Both the position numbers and the translations under genes were made by a program. Below are positions 18,737-29,763 of a DNA stretch of 64,000 nucleotides, piece by piece. The notes beneath the pieces were generated by a model, which was given only the letters and a program-made list of their open reading frames with translations, was not told the DNA's origin and did no database searches. The DNA is taken from the NCBI GenBank assembly GCA_964596355.1, contig CAZQTD010000002.1, positions 24,929 to 88,928 on the forward strand. The letters run 5' to 3'. Every line of letters begins with the position of its first letter. Position 1 is the stretch's first letter. This DNA comes from an uncultured Gammaproteobacteria bacterium. GTDB lineage: Bacteria > Patescibacteriota > Microgenomatia > UBA10105 > UBA927.

Positions 18737-19402
18737 ATGGGACGCTCCATTGACACCATGGATGTTCTTTCGTTCATAATTCCCCGATCGCTTTTCAGGA
18801 CTTGTTCTCCATATAACAAAGACATTGACGTTATCAATTGGAAAGGCAAGCGCATGCTTTATGCCAACGGCATCCAGCAGTCCGGACATTACACTGTTAA
18901 GCTCTGGAAGCGCGCATGTGGCGAACTCCAGCTTATGCTGCCAGAGGCGCAAACTATCCTCGTATTGGGTGTTGGAGGAGGGACGGTATTTCCATTGCTT
19001 CGTTCACTGTATCCGGCAGCAGCCATAACCGGCGTTGATATTGATAAGGAAATACTCCGCGTTGCCAAACAGTATTTCGCTTCTCATGTAAGCGCCGCTG
19101 GCATTCTTGATGCTTCCGACGCGCGCGATTGGGTGGTGCGGGCGAAAAAAATAAAAAAGCGATTCGATTGCATCATTGTCGATCTCTATATTGGCAATGA
19201 TGTACCGACATTTGTTGCAGAAAAACCTTTTCTTGCGAACCTTGCGCGCATTCTTGCGCCTCGGGGCATTGTGGCAATAAATTACTTTAGCAGCGCAGAG
19301 CATAAGAAACGATCGAAGGTTCTTTTTGATAGACTCGTGCGCACTTATCATTCCGTAACAAGAAGAGATGTCTATTGCAATACATTCTTTTTTTGTTCCT
19401 AG
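18737..19402 (+). CDS. SAM-dependent methyltransferase, spermidine-synthase-like
   Basis: LVLGVGGG, VDID, FDCIIVD. Confidence 0.75.
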   Translation: MGRSIDTMDVLSFIIPRSLFRTCSPYNKDIDVINWKGKRMLYANGIQQSGHYTVKLWKRACGELQLMLPEAQTILVLGVGGGTVFPLLRSLYPAAAITGVDIDKEILRVAKQYFASHVSAAGILDASDARDWVVRAKKIKKRFDCIIVDLYIGNDVPTFVAEKPFLANLARILAPRGIVAINYFSSAEHKKRSKVLFDRLVRTYHSVTRRDVYCNTFFFCS

Positions 19403-19475
19403 CTGATTGTTAGCGCATCGAATCGTCGGTCCAGTTCTGCGGATGAAGTCAAGGTTTGTGTTACAATAGGGTACC

Positions 19476-22181
19476 ATGTTCAAGTTTTTAGGGAAATTCC
19501 TCGACAGCAACGAAAAAGAAATAGCACGTCTTCGACAGATTGTAGAAAAAATTAACGCGCTCGAAGGCGACATGCGCAAGGTGAAGACACCGGTTAAAAA
19601 AACCGCAGAACTGCGCATGCGCCTTGAAAAGGGGTTGACACTCGATGATATACTCCCCGAAGCATTTGCGCTTGTGCGGGAGGTTTCGCGCCGTACGATT
19701 GGACAACGGCATTACGACGTGCAACTTATGGCGGCGCTTACGCTCCATATGGGAAAAATCGCCGAGCAAAAAACCGGCGAGGGTAAAACACTTTCGGCAA
19801 TTCCTGCGCTCTACCTTAACGCCCTTTCAGGGCATGGGGCGCACCTAGTGACTGTTAACGATTATTTGGCACGCCGCGACGCGGGATGGATGGGGCCGAT
19901 CTTTCATGAGCTGGGACTTACGACCGCTGCGATTATCAGTGAGCAATCGTTTCTGTATGATCCGGGTTTTGAAGATCCCAATGCCGCGGATTGGCGCCTT
20001 AAACACCTTAGGCCAATCACGCGGAAGGAAGCGTATCAGGCGGATATTACGTACGGCATAAATAGCGAATACGGGTTCGATTATCTCCGCGATAACATGG
20101 CGTCAGATTTGTCGCAGACTGTCCAGCGTGAATACCACTATGCGGTAGTGGATGAGGTAGACTCGGTGCTTATTGATGAAGCGAGGACCCCTCACATTAT
20201 TTCCGCGCCGGATACGGAGGCAACGCACGCGTATTACGATTACGCGGCGCTTGTGGGCAAGCTCAATCGCGATACAGATTTTATCATTGACGAAAAACTT
20301 CGCACCGCGCATCTTACTGATCATGGAATAGTAAAAGTAGAAAAGCTTCTAGGCATCGGGAATATCTACGAAAAAGATTTTGAAACCGTTCACCATATAG
20401 AAGCGGCACTGAAAGCTCGAACGCTTTTTATTCGCGAGCGCGATTATATTGTAAAAGACGGCCAAGTCATTATCGTCGACGAGTTTACCGGCAGGCTTCT
20501 TCATGGTCGGCGATTTAGCGAAGGCATCCATCAGGCGATAGAAGCCAAAGAAGGTGTCCCAATTCAGCAGGAGAGTAAAACGCTTGCGACGGTGAGCTTG
20601 CAAAACTATTTCCGCATGTATCAAAAACTGGCCGGCATGACGGGAACAGCGGCGACAGAGGCGGAAGAATTTCATAAAATATACGGTCTTGACGTGACCA
20701 TCATTCCTACGCATCGGCCGATGATTCGTCGTGATTTCGCCGACAGCGTGTATAAAACGCCGCGCGCCAAATACGCCGCGATTGTGGAAGACATTATCGC
20801 ATGTCACAAAAAGGGACAGCCGGTTTTGGTAGGCACCACGTCGATAGATAAAAATGAAATTATCAGCGAATTCTTACGAAGGAAAGGCGTCCCACATCAA
20901 GTGCTGAACGCCAAAAATCATTTGCAGGAAGCTATGATTATTTCCGATGCCGGCAAAAAAGGGAGCGTGACCGTTGCAACCAACATGGCTGGTCGCGGGG
21001 TGGACATCATCTTGGGTGGGTCGCGCAAAGAAAAGTGGGAAGTTGCGAGTCAGCAAGAGTGGGAGCACGAAGAAAAACAGTGGCAGAAGCGCCACGATGA
21101 GGTTATCGCACTGGGCGGCCTTCATGTCATCGGCACGGAGCGGCATGAGTCTCGGCGCATAGATAATCAGTTGCGCGGCAGAAGCGGCCGGCAAGGAGAT
21201 CCGGGGACGAGCAGGTTTTATGTATCCCTTGAAGATGACATCATGCGGCTTTTTGGCGGGGAGCAAGTTGCGCGCTTAATGACGATATTTAAACTTCCGG
21301 AAGATGTGCCGCTTGAGCACGGCATGGTGTCAAAAGCTATCGAGCAGGCGCAGGTGAGAGTTGAGGGATTTCATTTTGATTCACGCAAACACTTGGTTGA
21401 TTATGACGATGTACTTAATAAACAGCGCGAGATTGTATATAAACGCAGACGCAAAATTCTGGAAGGCGAGCGGTTAAAAGACACAATCCTTTCAAGCATT
21501 AGGTCGGAAATTGCCAATGTCGTTACGCTCTATGCCGATGAAAAGAATTCACAGCTTGATCGGGAAAAAATACTTTCTGAATTTGTCTCCATCATCCCTT
21601 TTGATGAAGCGTCGCAAAAGCACCTACGCGCACAGCTTATGCAATGTCACGCGGTTGAGGAAATGATTGATGTTCTGACAAAACTGGCGACTGATATGTA
21701 TAGCATGCGGGAGAATCAGGTGACGCCGGAGGTCATGGGGCAGATCGAGCGGTGGGTAAGCTTAAGTGTCATTGATAATCTTTGGATGGATCATCTGGAT
21801 GCCATAGACGATCTACGGGAAGGCATCGGTCTTCGCGGCTACGGACAGAGGGATCCGCTGGTTGAATACAAAAATGAGGCATTTTCGATGTTTGAGCGGC
21901 TTATGGCGACAATTGACAGTGAAATCGTTCATAGAATTTTTAAAGTGCAGGTGCAGACATCCTCCTCTCAAGCGCAACAGTCCTTAGCATACAAGCCAGC
22001 GGGTAAAGACGAAACGCCAAAAATTGAAACGAAGTTAAGTGCTGCCGCCAAAAGGGCGCGTAGTGCGGAAAGTTCCCACACGCCGATCGTCAGTGCAAAG
22101 AAAAGCCTTGGCCGCAATGACCCCTGCCCTTGCGGCTCAGGGAAAAAGTGGAAGAAATGCCACTATCCCAATGTCCCGTAG
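19476..22181 (+). CDS. secA: Preprotein translocase SecA
   Basis: KTGEGKT, VDEVDSVLIDEARTP, TNMAGRG, RGRSGRQGDPG, C-terminal GRNDPCPCGSGKKWKKCH. Confidence 0.98.
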   Translation: MFKFLGKFLDSNEKEIARLRQIVEKINALEGDMRKVKTPVKKTAELRMRLEKGLTLDDILPEAFALVREVSRRTIGQRHYDVQLMAALTLHMGKIAEQKTGEGKTLSAIPALYLNALSGHGAHLVTVNDYLARRDAGWMGPIFHELGLTTAAIISEQSFLYDPGFEDPNAADWRLKHLRPITRKEAYQADITYGINSEYGFDYLRDNMASDLSQTVQREYHYAVVDEVDSVLIDEARTPHIISAPDTEATHAYYDYAALVGKLNRDTDFIIDEKLRTAHLTDHGIVKVEKLLGIGNIYEKDFETVHHIEAALKARTLFIRERDYIVKDGQVIIVDEFTGRLLHGRRFSEGIHQAIEAKEGVPIQQESKTLATVSLQNYFRMYQKLAGMTGTAATEAEEFHKIYGLDVTIIPTHRPMIRRDFADSVYKTPRAKYAAIVEDIIACHKKGQPVLVGTTSIDKNEIISEFLRRKGVPHQVLNAKNHLQEAMIISDAGKKGSVTVATNMAGRGVDIILGGSRKEKWEVASQQEWEHEEKQWQKRHDEVIALGGLHVIGTERHESRRIDNQLRGRSGRQGDPGTSRFYVSLEDDIMRLFGGEQVARLMTIFKLPEDVPLEHGMVSKAIEQAQVRVEGFHFDSRKHLVDYDDVLNKQREIVYKRRRKILEGERLKDTILSSIRSEIANVVTLYADEKNSQLDREKILSEFVSIIPFDEASQKHLRAQLMQCHAVEEMIDVLTKLATDMYSMRENQVTPEVMGQIERWVSLSVIDNLWMDHLDAIDDLREGIGLRGYGQRDPLVEYKNEAFSMFERLMATIDSEIVHRIFKVQVQTSSSQAQQSLAYKPAGKDETPKIETKLSAAAKRARSAESSHTPIVSAKKSLGRNDPCPCGSGKKWKKCHYPNVP

Positions 22182-22220
22182 GTGTCTAGCTAACACACCA
22201 CGGGGGCGTGAAGCGATCTT

Positions 22221-23396
22221 ATGATCAAGCTCATTAAATCGACGTTTTATAAGGAAAAGAAAACAATTAGCGCGCTTACGGCATTTTTACGAACCGCAAA
22301 ACAGTTAAGTTATGGGACCCAGTGTGAGCTTTTTCAGAAGGAATTTGCTCTGTGGCAGGGAAGGAAGCATTGCATATTCGTCAACAGTGGAAGTTCCGCA
22401 AACCTTGCTATTATCCAAGTGCTCCTCAATATCGGGAAGCTTAAAAGGGGCGATCGCGTCGGGTTTTCTGCTGTGACGTGGTCAACCAATGTGATGCCGA
22501 TTATTGAGTTGGGATTGACCGCAGTGCCGATTGACGTTGAACTTTCGACGCTGAATATTTCATCAAGAACCCTTGCAGACGCCCTTTCGCGATATACGCT
22601 TAACGCGCTTTTTTTAACGCACCTGCTGGGGTTTTGTGATGATGTAGAAAACATTATTTCATGGTGCAACGCGCATAATATAATCGTTATTGAAGATACG
22701 TGCGAATCGTTGGGTACGGAGTATAAAAAGATTAAGCTTGGAAATTTCGGGTTAGCGAGCACGTTTTCTTTTTACGTCGGCCATCATATGTCGACGATAG
22801 AAGGCGGGGCGGTATGTACCGATGATGAGGATCTTGCAACGATGCTCTACCTTGTTCGTGCGCACGGATGGGACAGGAATTTAACGTATGCGAAACAGTC
22901 AGAAATACGCAAAAAATTTAACGTCAATTCCGAGTTCTACTCCCGCTATACGTTTTATGATCTGGGGTACAATCTGCGGCCGACGGAAATAGCGGGGTTT
23001 TTAGGAAGAAATCAGCTTCCACATTTGCCGGAAATTATTGCCAAGAGGCAAAAAAATTTTGAGTATTTTGCGGAGCATCTGTATTCGCTTCCCGATACGT
23101 ATTATCCGATACGAACCGATCATCTGGATATCGTGTCGAACTTTGCCGTCCCCCTCATTTGCAAGACGCGTCAAATCCGCGACGACAAGGTGAAACAATG
23201 CGACGGAAAAATAGAGATTCGTCCTATCGTAGGAGGCGACATCGTGGCCCAGCCTTTTTTCAAAAAATACGCCGGCGATACGTCTCTCCCGCCAACTCCC
23301 AATGCGGCGCGAATTCACACGCAGGGATTTTATTTCGCCAATAATCCGGAATTATCGGAAAAGGAAAAACAAACAATCGTTTCAATACTTTCTTAA
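22221..23396 (+). CDS. DegT/DnrJ family PLP enzyme, ColD-like sugar 3-dehydratase
   Basis: VNSGSSANL, IEDTCES, SFYVGHHMSTIEGG (His at the catalytic Lys position). Confidence 0.8.
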   Translation: MIKLIKSTFYKEKKTISALTAFLRTAKQLSYGTQCELFQKEFALWQGRKHCIFVNSGSSANLAIIQVLLNIGKLKRGDRVGFSAVTWSTNVMPIIELGLTAVPIDVELSTLNISSRTLADALSRYTLNALFLTHLLGFCDDVENIISWCNAHNIIVIEDTCESLGTEYKKIKLGNFGLASTFSFYVGHHMSTIEGGAVCTDDEDLATMLYLVRAHGWDRNLTYAKQSEIRKKFNVNSEFYSRYTFYDLGYNLRPTEIAGFLGRNQLPHLPEIIAKRQKNFEYFAEHLYSLPDTYYPIRTDHLDIVSNFAVPLICKTRQIRDDKVKQCDGKIEIRPIVGGDIVAQPFFKKYAGDTSLPPTPNAARIHTQGFYFANNPELSEKEKQTIVSILS

Positions 23397-23408
23397 CATT
23401 TTACACCC

Positions 23409-24119
23409 ATGTATTCGCGTATTGGCATTGTTATCCCTGCATACAATGAGACGAAGAATTTGGAACAGCTTGTGCCGCAGATTCTTTCCCTCTACAAAGG
23501 CATCCGCGTTGTTATAGTAGACGATTCAGAAGAGTCGGAATCAAAAAGACTTGCTCGCGCAATCAAGCGACTAGGCAGAGGAATCCGCATCATTATGCGC
23601 GGGAAAAAATCCGGCAGAGGAGGCGCGGTGCGCGAAGGGATGATACATTTAATGAGCAATCCTCGTATTGACTTCATTATTGAAATGGATGCGGATTTGG
23701 CGCATAAGCCAGAAGAAATTCTCTTGCTTCTAAACAAAAAAGACAGCGCAGATCTTGTTATCGGCTCGCGGTACCTCAACAAAAGCAGCATTATCAGGTG
23801 GCCTCTGCGGCGGCGCATCCAAAGCAAGCTCATTAATGCATTTTTACGCATATGGTTGGGTTTAAACATTCGTGATTTCACCAACGGGTTTCGACTCTAT
23901 AGTAGGCGCGCGGCAGACACACTTCTTAAAGCAAATCTGCGAGAAACAGGCTATATTGCACTCTCTGAAATGGCGTATGTATTAAAGCATACAGGATGCA
24001 CGATCCGCGAAGTTCCCACTACTTTCACCGACAGAACATACGGCAAATCCAATGCGGATACCAAAGAGCTCATTCGCTCTCTTATTGGTGCTATTCGCAC
24101 GAAATTTGTTCACAAATGA
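23409..24119 (+). CDS. GT2, polyprenol-phosphate glycosyltransferase (DPM1-like)
   Basis: IPAYNE, VDD, MDADLAH, IGSRY, DFTNGFR. Confidence 0.88.
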   Translation: MYSRIGIVIPAYNETKNLEQLVPQILSLYKGIRVVIVDDSEESESKRLARAIKRLGRGIRIIMRGKKSGRGGAVREGMIHLMSNPRIDFIIEMDADLAHKPEEILLLLNKKDSADLVIGSRYLNKSSIIRWPLRRRIQSKLINAFLRIWLGLNIRDFTNGFRLYSRRAADTLLKANLRETGYIALSEMAYVLKHTGCTIREVPTTFTDRTYGKSNADTKELIRSLIGAIRTKFVHK

Positions 24120-24123
24120 TCTC

Positions 24124-24152
24124 TTGAGTAATACGGTGAGGTTTATTACAAT
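24124..24152 (+). promoter_or_regulatory. sigma70 promoter for dsbA
   Basis: TTGAGT-17 nt-TACAAT; SD GGAGG before ATG 24188. Confidence 0.6.
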
Positions 24153-24187
24153 TATTACAATAATGATATGAGGCGATAAGGAGGAGT

Positions 24188-24961
24188 ATGGAAAAGTCTA
24201 GTAGATTGAAGAAACTGCCGTTTATCAGCGCGATAACTGTTCAGGGAATTTTGGTCGCGGCCCTTATCGTCAGTGCGTTTTTCATGGGATCGCTGTGGAC
24301 AAAGGTGAAAATGTTAGAAAAAGGAGGAGCGGCAGGAATAGCAAGAAAACCGGGAGTTCCCGCCACTGGCTCACCGGTTGCGACGTTTACACCCACGCCG
24401 TCGCCCGTTCCGCCAAAATTAGAGAAAGACGACTACGTACTGGGAAGCGACAATGCGCGGATCATCCTTTTTGAGTATTCAGACCTGGAGTGCCCGTTTT
24501 GTAAACGATTCCATCCAACGGCACAGCAGATTCTTAAAGAATACCAAGGAAAAGTAAAATGGGTGTACCGTCACTACCCGCTTTCGTTTCATGCCAACGC
24601 ACAGAAGGAGTCGGAGGCGGCCGAATGCGCGGGCGAGCTTGGCGGGAATACCGCGTTTTGGAAGTATATCGATGCCATTTATGAACGCACGACATCAAAC
24701 GGCACTGGTTTTGCGCTTGAGAAATTGACGCCGCTAGCCGTTGAGTTGGGGCTTAACCAAAAGCAGTTTCAGACGTGTCTTGATAGCGGCAAACATGCGC
24801 AGAGAATTCAGAATCAGATGGCGCAGGGGATAAAAGAAGGCGTCACCGGTACGCCGGGAAACATTCTGTTGGATAGTAAAACCGGGAAGACGACGAGTAT
24901 TCCTGGCGCGGTTCCATTCGAGCAAATTAAACCAGTGATAGATGAAATGTTGCAATCATAA
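24188..24961 (+). CDS. Membrane-anchored DsbA-like thiol-disulfide oxidoreductase
   Basis: TM segment, [16 protein letters not shown] cis-Pro loop. Confidence 0.92.
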   Translation: MEKSSRLKKLPFISAITVQGILVAALIVSAFFMGSLWTKVKMLEKGGAAGIARKPGVPATGSPVATFTPTPSPVPPKLEKDDYVLGSDNARIILFEYSDLECPFCKRFHPTAQQILKEYQGKVKWVYRHYPLSFHANAQKESEAAECAGELGGNTAFWKYIDAIYERTTSNGTGFALEKLTPLAVELGLNQKQFQTCLDSGKHAQRIQNQMAQGIKEGVTGTPGNILLDSKTGKTTSIPGAVPFEQIKPVIDEMLQS

Positions 24962-25966
24962 CCGGCGTTCAACGCGTTTTCCCAGATGAGCAAGTGCCTG
25001 CGGGGTGGCGATCCTTCCGCGGGGCGTGCGTTTCAAAAATCCAATCTGCATAATATAAGGCTCCAGAACCTCTTCTACCGTGCCAATATCCTCTGAAAGG
25101 GCTTGAGCAAGCGTTTCTACGCCAACAGGCCCGCCCTGAAACGTTTCAATAATTGTCAGAAGCAGTCTTCGGTCAGATGCATCCAAGCCGGCGCTATCGA
25201 CTTCGAGCATTCGGAAAGCGTGGGTTAAAATATCGTCTGTTACTTCGCCATTGCCGCGCACTTGCGCAACGTCTCTCACGCGTTTAAGGAGACGCAGGGC
25301 GATTCTCGGCGTGCCCCGGCTGCGGGATGCAAGTTCGCGCCTCGCTTTTTTATCAATGGCAATTCCGAGCTTGCGGGCAGCCCGTTCTATAATCTGTTCG
25401 AGGTCCTTGGGATCATAAAATGGAAGCCGTGCAATAAGACCAAACCGGTCGCGCATAGGGGATGACAGAAGTCCGATGCGCGTCGTAGCTCCCACAATTG
25501 TAAAATGAGGAAGATCAAGCCGAAGCGTTCGCGCCGACGGACCTTTGCCGATGATAATATCAAGCGCGTAATCTTCCATAGCGGGATAGAGTGTTTCTTC
25601 GACTGCTTTGTTGAGTCTGTGAATTTCGTCAATAAAGAGGATATCGCCTGATTCAAGATTGGTAAGGATTGAAGCCAGATCGCCCGCTCGCTCAAGTGCC
25701 GGGCCGCTGGTCGTACGGACGTTCACGCCCATTTCTTTGCCGATGATGTGGGCAAGCGTTGTTTTACCAAGTCCCGGCGGGCCGTAAAGGAGGATGTGTT
25801 CAAGGGGTTCCTTGCGTTTTTTTGCAGCCGCAATAGCGACGCGCAGATTTTCTTTGACCGCATCCTGCCCTTGAAATTCGTTCCACGAAGACGCGCGAAG
25901 CGAAACAAACAGTCGCTCCTCTTCGGGGGTGGCTTTTTCTTGGATTGCATCGTTTTGCTTGTTCAT
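24956..25966 (-). CDS. ruvB: Holliday junction DNA helicase RuvB
   Basis: [37 protein letters not shown]. Confidence 0.97.
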   Translation of the reverse strand: MNKQNDAIQEKATPEEERLFVSLRASSWNEFQGQDAVKENLRVAIAAAKKRKEPLEHILLYGPPGLGKTTLAHIIGKEMGVNVRTTSGPALERAGDLASILTNLESGDILFIDEIHRLNKAVEETLYPAMEDYALDIIIGKGPSARTLRLDLPHFTIVGATTRIGLLSSPMRDRFGLIARLPFYDPKDLEQIIERAARKLGIAIDKKARRELASRSRGTPRIALRLLKRVRDVAQVRGNGEVTDDILTHAFRMLEVDSAGLDASDRRLLLTIIETFQGGPVGVETLAQALSEDIGTVEEVLEPYIMQIGFLKRTPRGRIATPQALAHLGKRVERRL

Positions 25967-25970
25967 ACCG

Positions 25971-26549
25971 TTAGCGGGTTTTGCCCAACAGTTTGAGAGC
26001 ATGACGAATTTTCAGCTCAAGCGAGCTGTCTTTTTCATCGAGCTTGCCAACCGTTTCGACAATTTCCTTGTGATCAAACCCCATGGATGCCAGCGCGTCG
26101 ATGAGCTGTCTGGTTTCACCCGTCGTGTCGCGGGATAGGTCCAGATCTTTAAGCCCCCCCAGCTTATTTTTGAGCTCTATAATGATTTTTTGGGCATTTT
26201 TTTTTCCAAGACGCGGAATGGTGGTAAAAAAATCTACGTCACCGGTGCGCACCGCGTGAACAATCGCGTCTGCCCCTCTGTCCATGACAGCAAGCGCGGT
26301 CTTCGGTCCGATACCGGGAACAATCAGGAGAAGTTCAAATAAATCCAATTCCTTCTGATTATTGAATCCATATAGCTCAAGAGCGTCTTCTCGTACGTGC
26401 GTATGAATGAACAGTGTGCACGCGTCTCCTTTGCGGGTTTGAGATATGAGGGTATTTGGGACAGAGACGACGTAGCCAACATCGTGGACATCAACAAGTA
26501 TTGAATGCAGAGAGTGCGATTCTATGGTTCCTGTGAGTTTCCCGATCAT
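25971..26549 (-). CDS. ruvA: Holliday junction branch migration protein RuvA
   Basis: [35 protein letters not shown]. Confidence 0.96.
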   Translation of the reverse strand: MIGKLTGTIESHSLHSILVDVHDVGYVVSVPNTLISQTRKGDACTLFIHTHVREDALELYGFNNQKELDLFELLLIVPGIGPKTALAVMDRGADAIVHAVRTGDVDFFTTIPRLGKKNAQKIIIELKNKLGGLKDLDLSRDTTGETRQLIDALASMGFDHKEIVETVGKLDEKDSSLELKIRHALKLLGKTR

Positions 26550-26550
26550 A

Positions 26551-27039
26551 CTATTTGGCAAATCGTTTCATCTTATAGCTGTATGCGTGCGTCATGGCTA
26601 TAGCAAGGGCATCTGCGGTATCGTCTAGTTTAGGTATCGATTTAAGAGAAAGGAGCTTGGTAACCATTGTCCCAACTTGCCTTTTATCCGCTTTGCCGTC
26701 GCCGCAGATAGCTCGCTTCACCGCAAGCGGAGAATATGATATCACGGGAATACCCGTCTTTGCAGCGATAAGAAGAATGACGCCGCGGGATTGTCCCACA
26801 CCGATTGCTGTTTTAGCATTGGTTGAAAAATAAAGTTCTTCAACAGCCATGCAGTCCGGTTTATGTTTCCGTAAAAGTTTGGCAATGGTATCGTATATGA
26901 ATGACAAACGGGCAGGAGAATCAAGCGTTTTTTGTGTTTCAACGCAGCCGTAAGAACGGGCTATAAGTGTGCCTGCATGCATCTGTATTACTGCCCATCC
27001 CACGCGTGCGATGCCCGGATCAACCCCCATGATAATCAT
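26551..27039 (-). CDS. ruvC: Crossover junction endodeoxyribonuclease RuvC
   Basis: GVDPG, AVEELYF, GKADK, DDTADALAIA. Confidence 0.96.
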   Translation of the reverse strand: MIIMGVDPGIARVGWAVIQMHAGTLIARSYGCVETQKTLDSPARLSFIYDTIAKLLRKHKPDCMAVEELYFSTNAKTAIGVGQSRGVILLIAAKTGIPVISYSPLAVKRAICGDGKADKRQVGTMVTKLLSLKSIPKLDDTADALAIAMTHAYSYKMKRFAK

Positions 27040-27084
27040 CCTTGTAGTTATATCATGAATGTATAGCATATACTAGAAAGAGGT

Positions 27085-27465
27085 ATGGGATCGGTCATGC
27101 ATTTCTTTTTAGCGGTTGGTGTAGCCGGAGTAACACTTATCACGTCAAGCTTGGCGTGGCCCAAATTTACCACACAGGTGCGGCCTAAACTCCTTCAAGA
27201 TGTCTACGACGTTGTGGTGCGCACTCCGTGGGGAGCAAGAAGCGCGAACGTCTTGGGCGTTTCCGATGAAGCGCACGTAGAACCCATTAACTTCGGAGAG
27301 ATAGCTGGGACTGCAGTTTTAACTATACGACAAAGCATACATGATAGGATGCAGACGATCGTTGTGGGCAACACCATCAATCACTTGTCGCGGCAATTTG
27401 ACCATTTGCCTGAAGAAAAAAAGGAGCAACTCCGGAGCATTATTTGCGAGCCCCATGAACCATAA
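27085..27465 (+). CDS. Hypothetical protein with N-terminal signal/TM
   Basis: 126-aa ORF filling the gap between ruvC and prfB; GAGG before ATG. Confidence 0.65.
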   Translation: MGSVMHFFLAVGVAGVTLITSSLAWPKFTTQVRPKLLQDVYDVVVRTPWGARSANVLGVSDEAHVEPINFGEIAGTAVLTIRQSIHDRMQTIVVGNTINHLSRQFDHLPEEKKEQLRSIICEPHEP

Positions 27466-27486
27466 AATGGTGGTACAATAGTTTGC

Positions 27487-28497
27487 ATGGACGAACAGGT
27501 ATTTGCGCGCGCAAAAGAACTTCTCATGAAACTAGCGTTGGATGAAAAACGCAAAACCATTCGTCTTCTGGAGGCGGAAAGCGGTCATCCGGATTTTTGG
27601 AACGATCCTAAAGCCGCTGCACAAAAAATGAAGCGTCTTGCCGCGCTCCAAAAAGAGCTTGACGAAGGAGAAAGGCTTGAGCGACTTATTTCTGAAAGGA
27701 GAGAAAAAGAACTAGCGGACGAAATTCGCCGGCTAGAATTTGCATTGTATCTTTCGGGTCCTTACGATGAAGGCGATGCCATCATCGCGCTGCACGCGGG
27801 GCAGGGAGGGACTGAAGCGATGGACTGGACTGCGATGCTCTATCGGATGTATAGCCGATATAGTGAACGCAAAGGCTGGGAAGTTGAGGAAATTGACTAT
27901 ACGCCGGGTGATGAGGCGGGGATAAAAAGCGTGACTGTTAATGTATCGGGAAAATTTGCCTACGGATTTTTGAAAGCCGAAGCAGGGGTCCACAGACTCG
28001 TGCGACAGTCGCCGTTTAATGCCGATAATCTGCGTCAAACGTCGTTTGCCATGGTGGAAGTGTGGCCTGTTATAGAGGAAGAATCTGCCGTGACGATCAG
28101 AGAAGAAGATTTGGAGTGGGATTTTTTCCGCTCCGGTGGCAAAGGCGGGCAAAACGTCAATAAAGTATCCACTGCCGTCCGATTGAAGCATAAGCCCACA
28201 GGAATTATCATCACGAGCCAATCGCAGCGCTACCAAGGTCAAAACAGAGAATATGCGTTGAAAGTCCTGAAGGCCAAGCTGTGGGCACTCGAAGAGGATT
28301 CCAAACGCAGGCGGCAGGAAAAAATGAAAGGAGCGTATAAAACGCCCGGATGGGGGAATCAGATACGATCGTATGTCCTTCATCCGTACCACATGGTTAA
28401 AGATTTACGGACTCATTACGAGACAAGCGACACCGGCAGGGTGCTTGATGGCGATATCGAAGATTTTATGACCTCATACTTGAAAAAACTCGCATAA
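27487..28497 (+). CDS. prfB: Peptide chain release factor 2
   Basis: SPF anticodon-mimic (RQSPFN), [12 protein letters not shown]; single uninterrupted ORF. Confidence 0.95.
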   Translation: MDEQVFARAKELLMKLALDEKRKTIRLLEAESGHPDFWNDPKAAAQKMKRLAALQKELDEGERLERLISERREKELADEIRRLEFALYLSGPYDEGDAIIALHAGQGGTEAMDWTAMLYRMYSRYSERKGWEVEEIDYTPGDEAGIKSVTVNVSGKFAYGFLKAEAGVHRLVRQSPFNADNLRQTSFAMVEVWPVIEEESAVTIREEDLEWDFFRSGGKGGQNVNKVSTAVRLKHKPTGIIITSQSQRYQGQNREYALKVLKAKLWALEEDSKRRRQEKMKGAYKTPGWGNQIRSYVLHPYHMVKDLRTHYETSDTGRVLDGDIEDFMTSYLKKLA

Positions 28498-28534
28498 GGC
28501 ATGATAATGGTTAGATAAACGAGGGAGAATACGT

Positions 28535-29023
28535 ATGGAAAGAAAATCCGCCCCGTCCGCAGTATCGCCTCAAGCGAAGGATGCTCCCGTTATCAAAAAG
28601 ATCGATGATCAATCATTAGAAGAAGGAGATCAGAATATGCAAAAACGGTTAGTGATTGGAGTCTATGCCCTGTTGGTTTTGTTAGGTGTTGGGACTGGGT
28701 ACCTTTTATCAAGAACATTTGGCGGAGGCGCTCTGATGCCGGGAAGCAAGTCGACAGTGATAAAAACAGAAACGGTCGTCGGAAGCACCGACACTCAAAC
28801 ATTTAAGGATTCGGCTGAAGGCATCATTGAAAAAGGCGGTATAGATGGGGAGGGTTCGCACAAACTTATTCGAGATGGCGGGCCGTCCCAGACAGCGTTT
28901 CTTATATCGTCGGTGATTGATCTGGACGAGTACGTTGGCAAAAAAGTGAAAGTGTGGGGGCAGACGTTTGCAGCCAAAAAGGCATCATGGCTCATGGATG
29001 TGGGTAAAATCGAATTGCAATGA
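28535..29023 (+). CDS. Hypothetical membrane-anchored protein
   Basis: One TM, small beta-rich C-domain; ATGA overlap with ftsE. Confidence 0.75.
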   Translation: MERKSAPSAVSPQAKDAPVIKKIDDQSLEEGDQNMQKRLVIGVYALLVLLGVGTGYLLSRTFGGGALMPGSKSTVIKTETVVGSTDTQTFKDSAEGIIEKGGIDGEGSHKLIRDGGPSQTAFLISSVIDLDEYVGKKVKVWGQTFAAKKASWLMDVGKIELQ

Positions 29024-29763
29024 TTCGTTTTCAGGATGTTTCAAAACGCTTTCTCGGGCATATCAACGCCCTGTCCAATATAACCGTCACAATACAGGAC
29101 GGCGAGTTTGTGTTTCTTATCGGTCCTTCAGGCGCGGGTAAAACAACGTTTTTACGACTCCTTATTCGCGACATCCTGCCCACTAGCGGAAGCGTATATG
29201 TGGATGATTGGCAATTAGATACCCTTCCGCCGCAAAAAATTTATCTTCTTAGAAGAAAAGTGGGGACGGTATTTCAGGATTTTAAATTGTTAACCGACCG
29301 CACAGTTTTTGAAAACGTTGCACTGGGGCTGGAAATTCTTGGCAAAAGCGAAATGGACATTGCTTCGCGGGTGGATGATGTTTTGGAGCTTGTAGGATTG
29401 AGTTCTCGACGCAATTTTTTTCCGCGGGAGCTTTCTGCCGGTGAAATGCAGCGGACGAGCATCGCCCGCGCCATAGTGGGTGGTCCAAGCATACTGCTTG
29501 CTGATGAGCCGACGGGCAACTTGGACCCTCAAACGTCGTGGGATATTTTAGACATTCTTCGTGAGGTAAATACCATTGGCACGACAGTGATCATGGCAAC
29601 CCATAACGCGACGATTGTCAATAACATGCGCAAACGTACGATTGCACTTGATAAAGGAGAGATGGTCAGCGATGAAGAAAAAGGTCAGTATAGAGTTTCG
29701 GTAAAATCCAAAAGTTCGCACCAAACGCACCATACCAAAAAAGACCATGAACGTCATGCATAA
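29020..29763 (+). CDS. ftsE: Cell division ATP-binding protein FtsE
   Basis: GPSGAGKTT, VFQDFKLL, ADEPTGNLDP; precedes ftsX. Confidence 0.93.
   Translation: MIRFQDVSKRFLGHINALSNITVTIQDGEFVFLIGPSGAGKTTFLRLLIRDILPTSGSVYVDDWQLDTLPPQKIYLLRRKVGTVFQDFKLLTDRTVFENVALGLEILGKSEMDIASRVDDVLELVGLSSRRNFFPRELSAGEMQRTSIARAIVGGPSILLADEPTGNLDPQTSWDILDILREVNTIGTTVIMATHNATIVNNMRKRTIALDKGEMVSDEEKGQYRVSVKSKSSHQTHHTKKDHERHA

Noticed and set aside
17410-24159. Shared 13-mer TACAATTATTACA upstream of serS (17410) and dsbA (24147)
   Set aside because: Explained by a -10 box in AT-rich context; only two copies and unrelated genes
27733-28392. 219-aa antisense ORF (similar ones at 8442-9050, 19004-19618, 58575-59282)
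   Set aside because: Shadows of well-supported genes with no protein-like motifs
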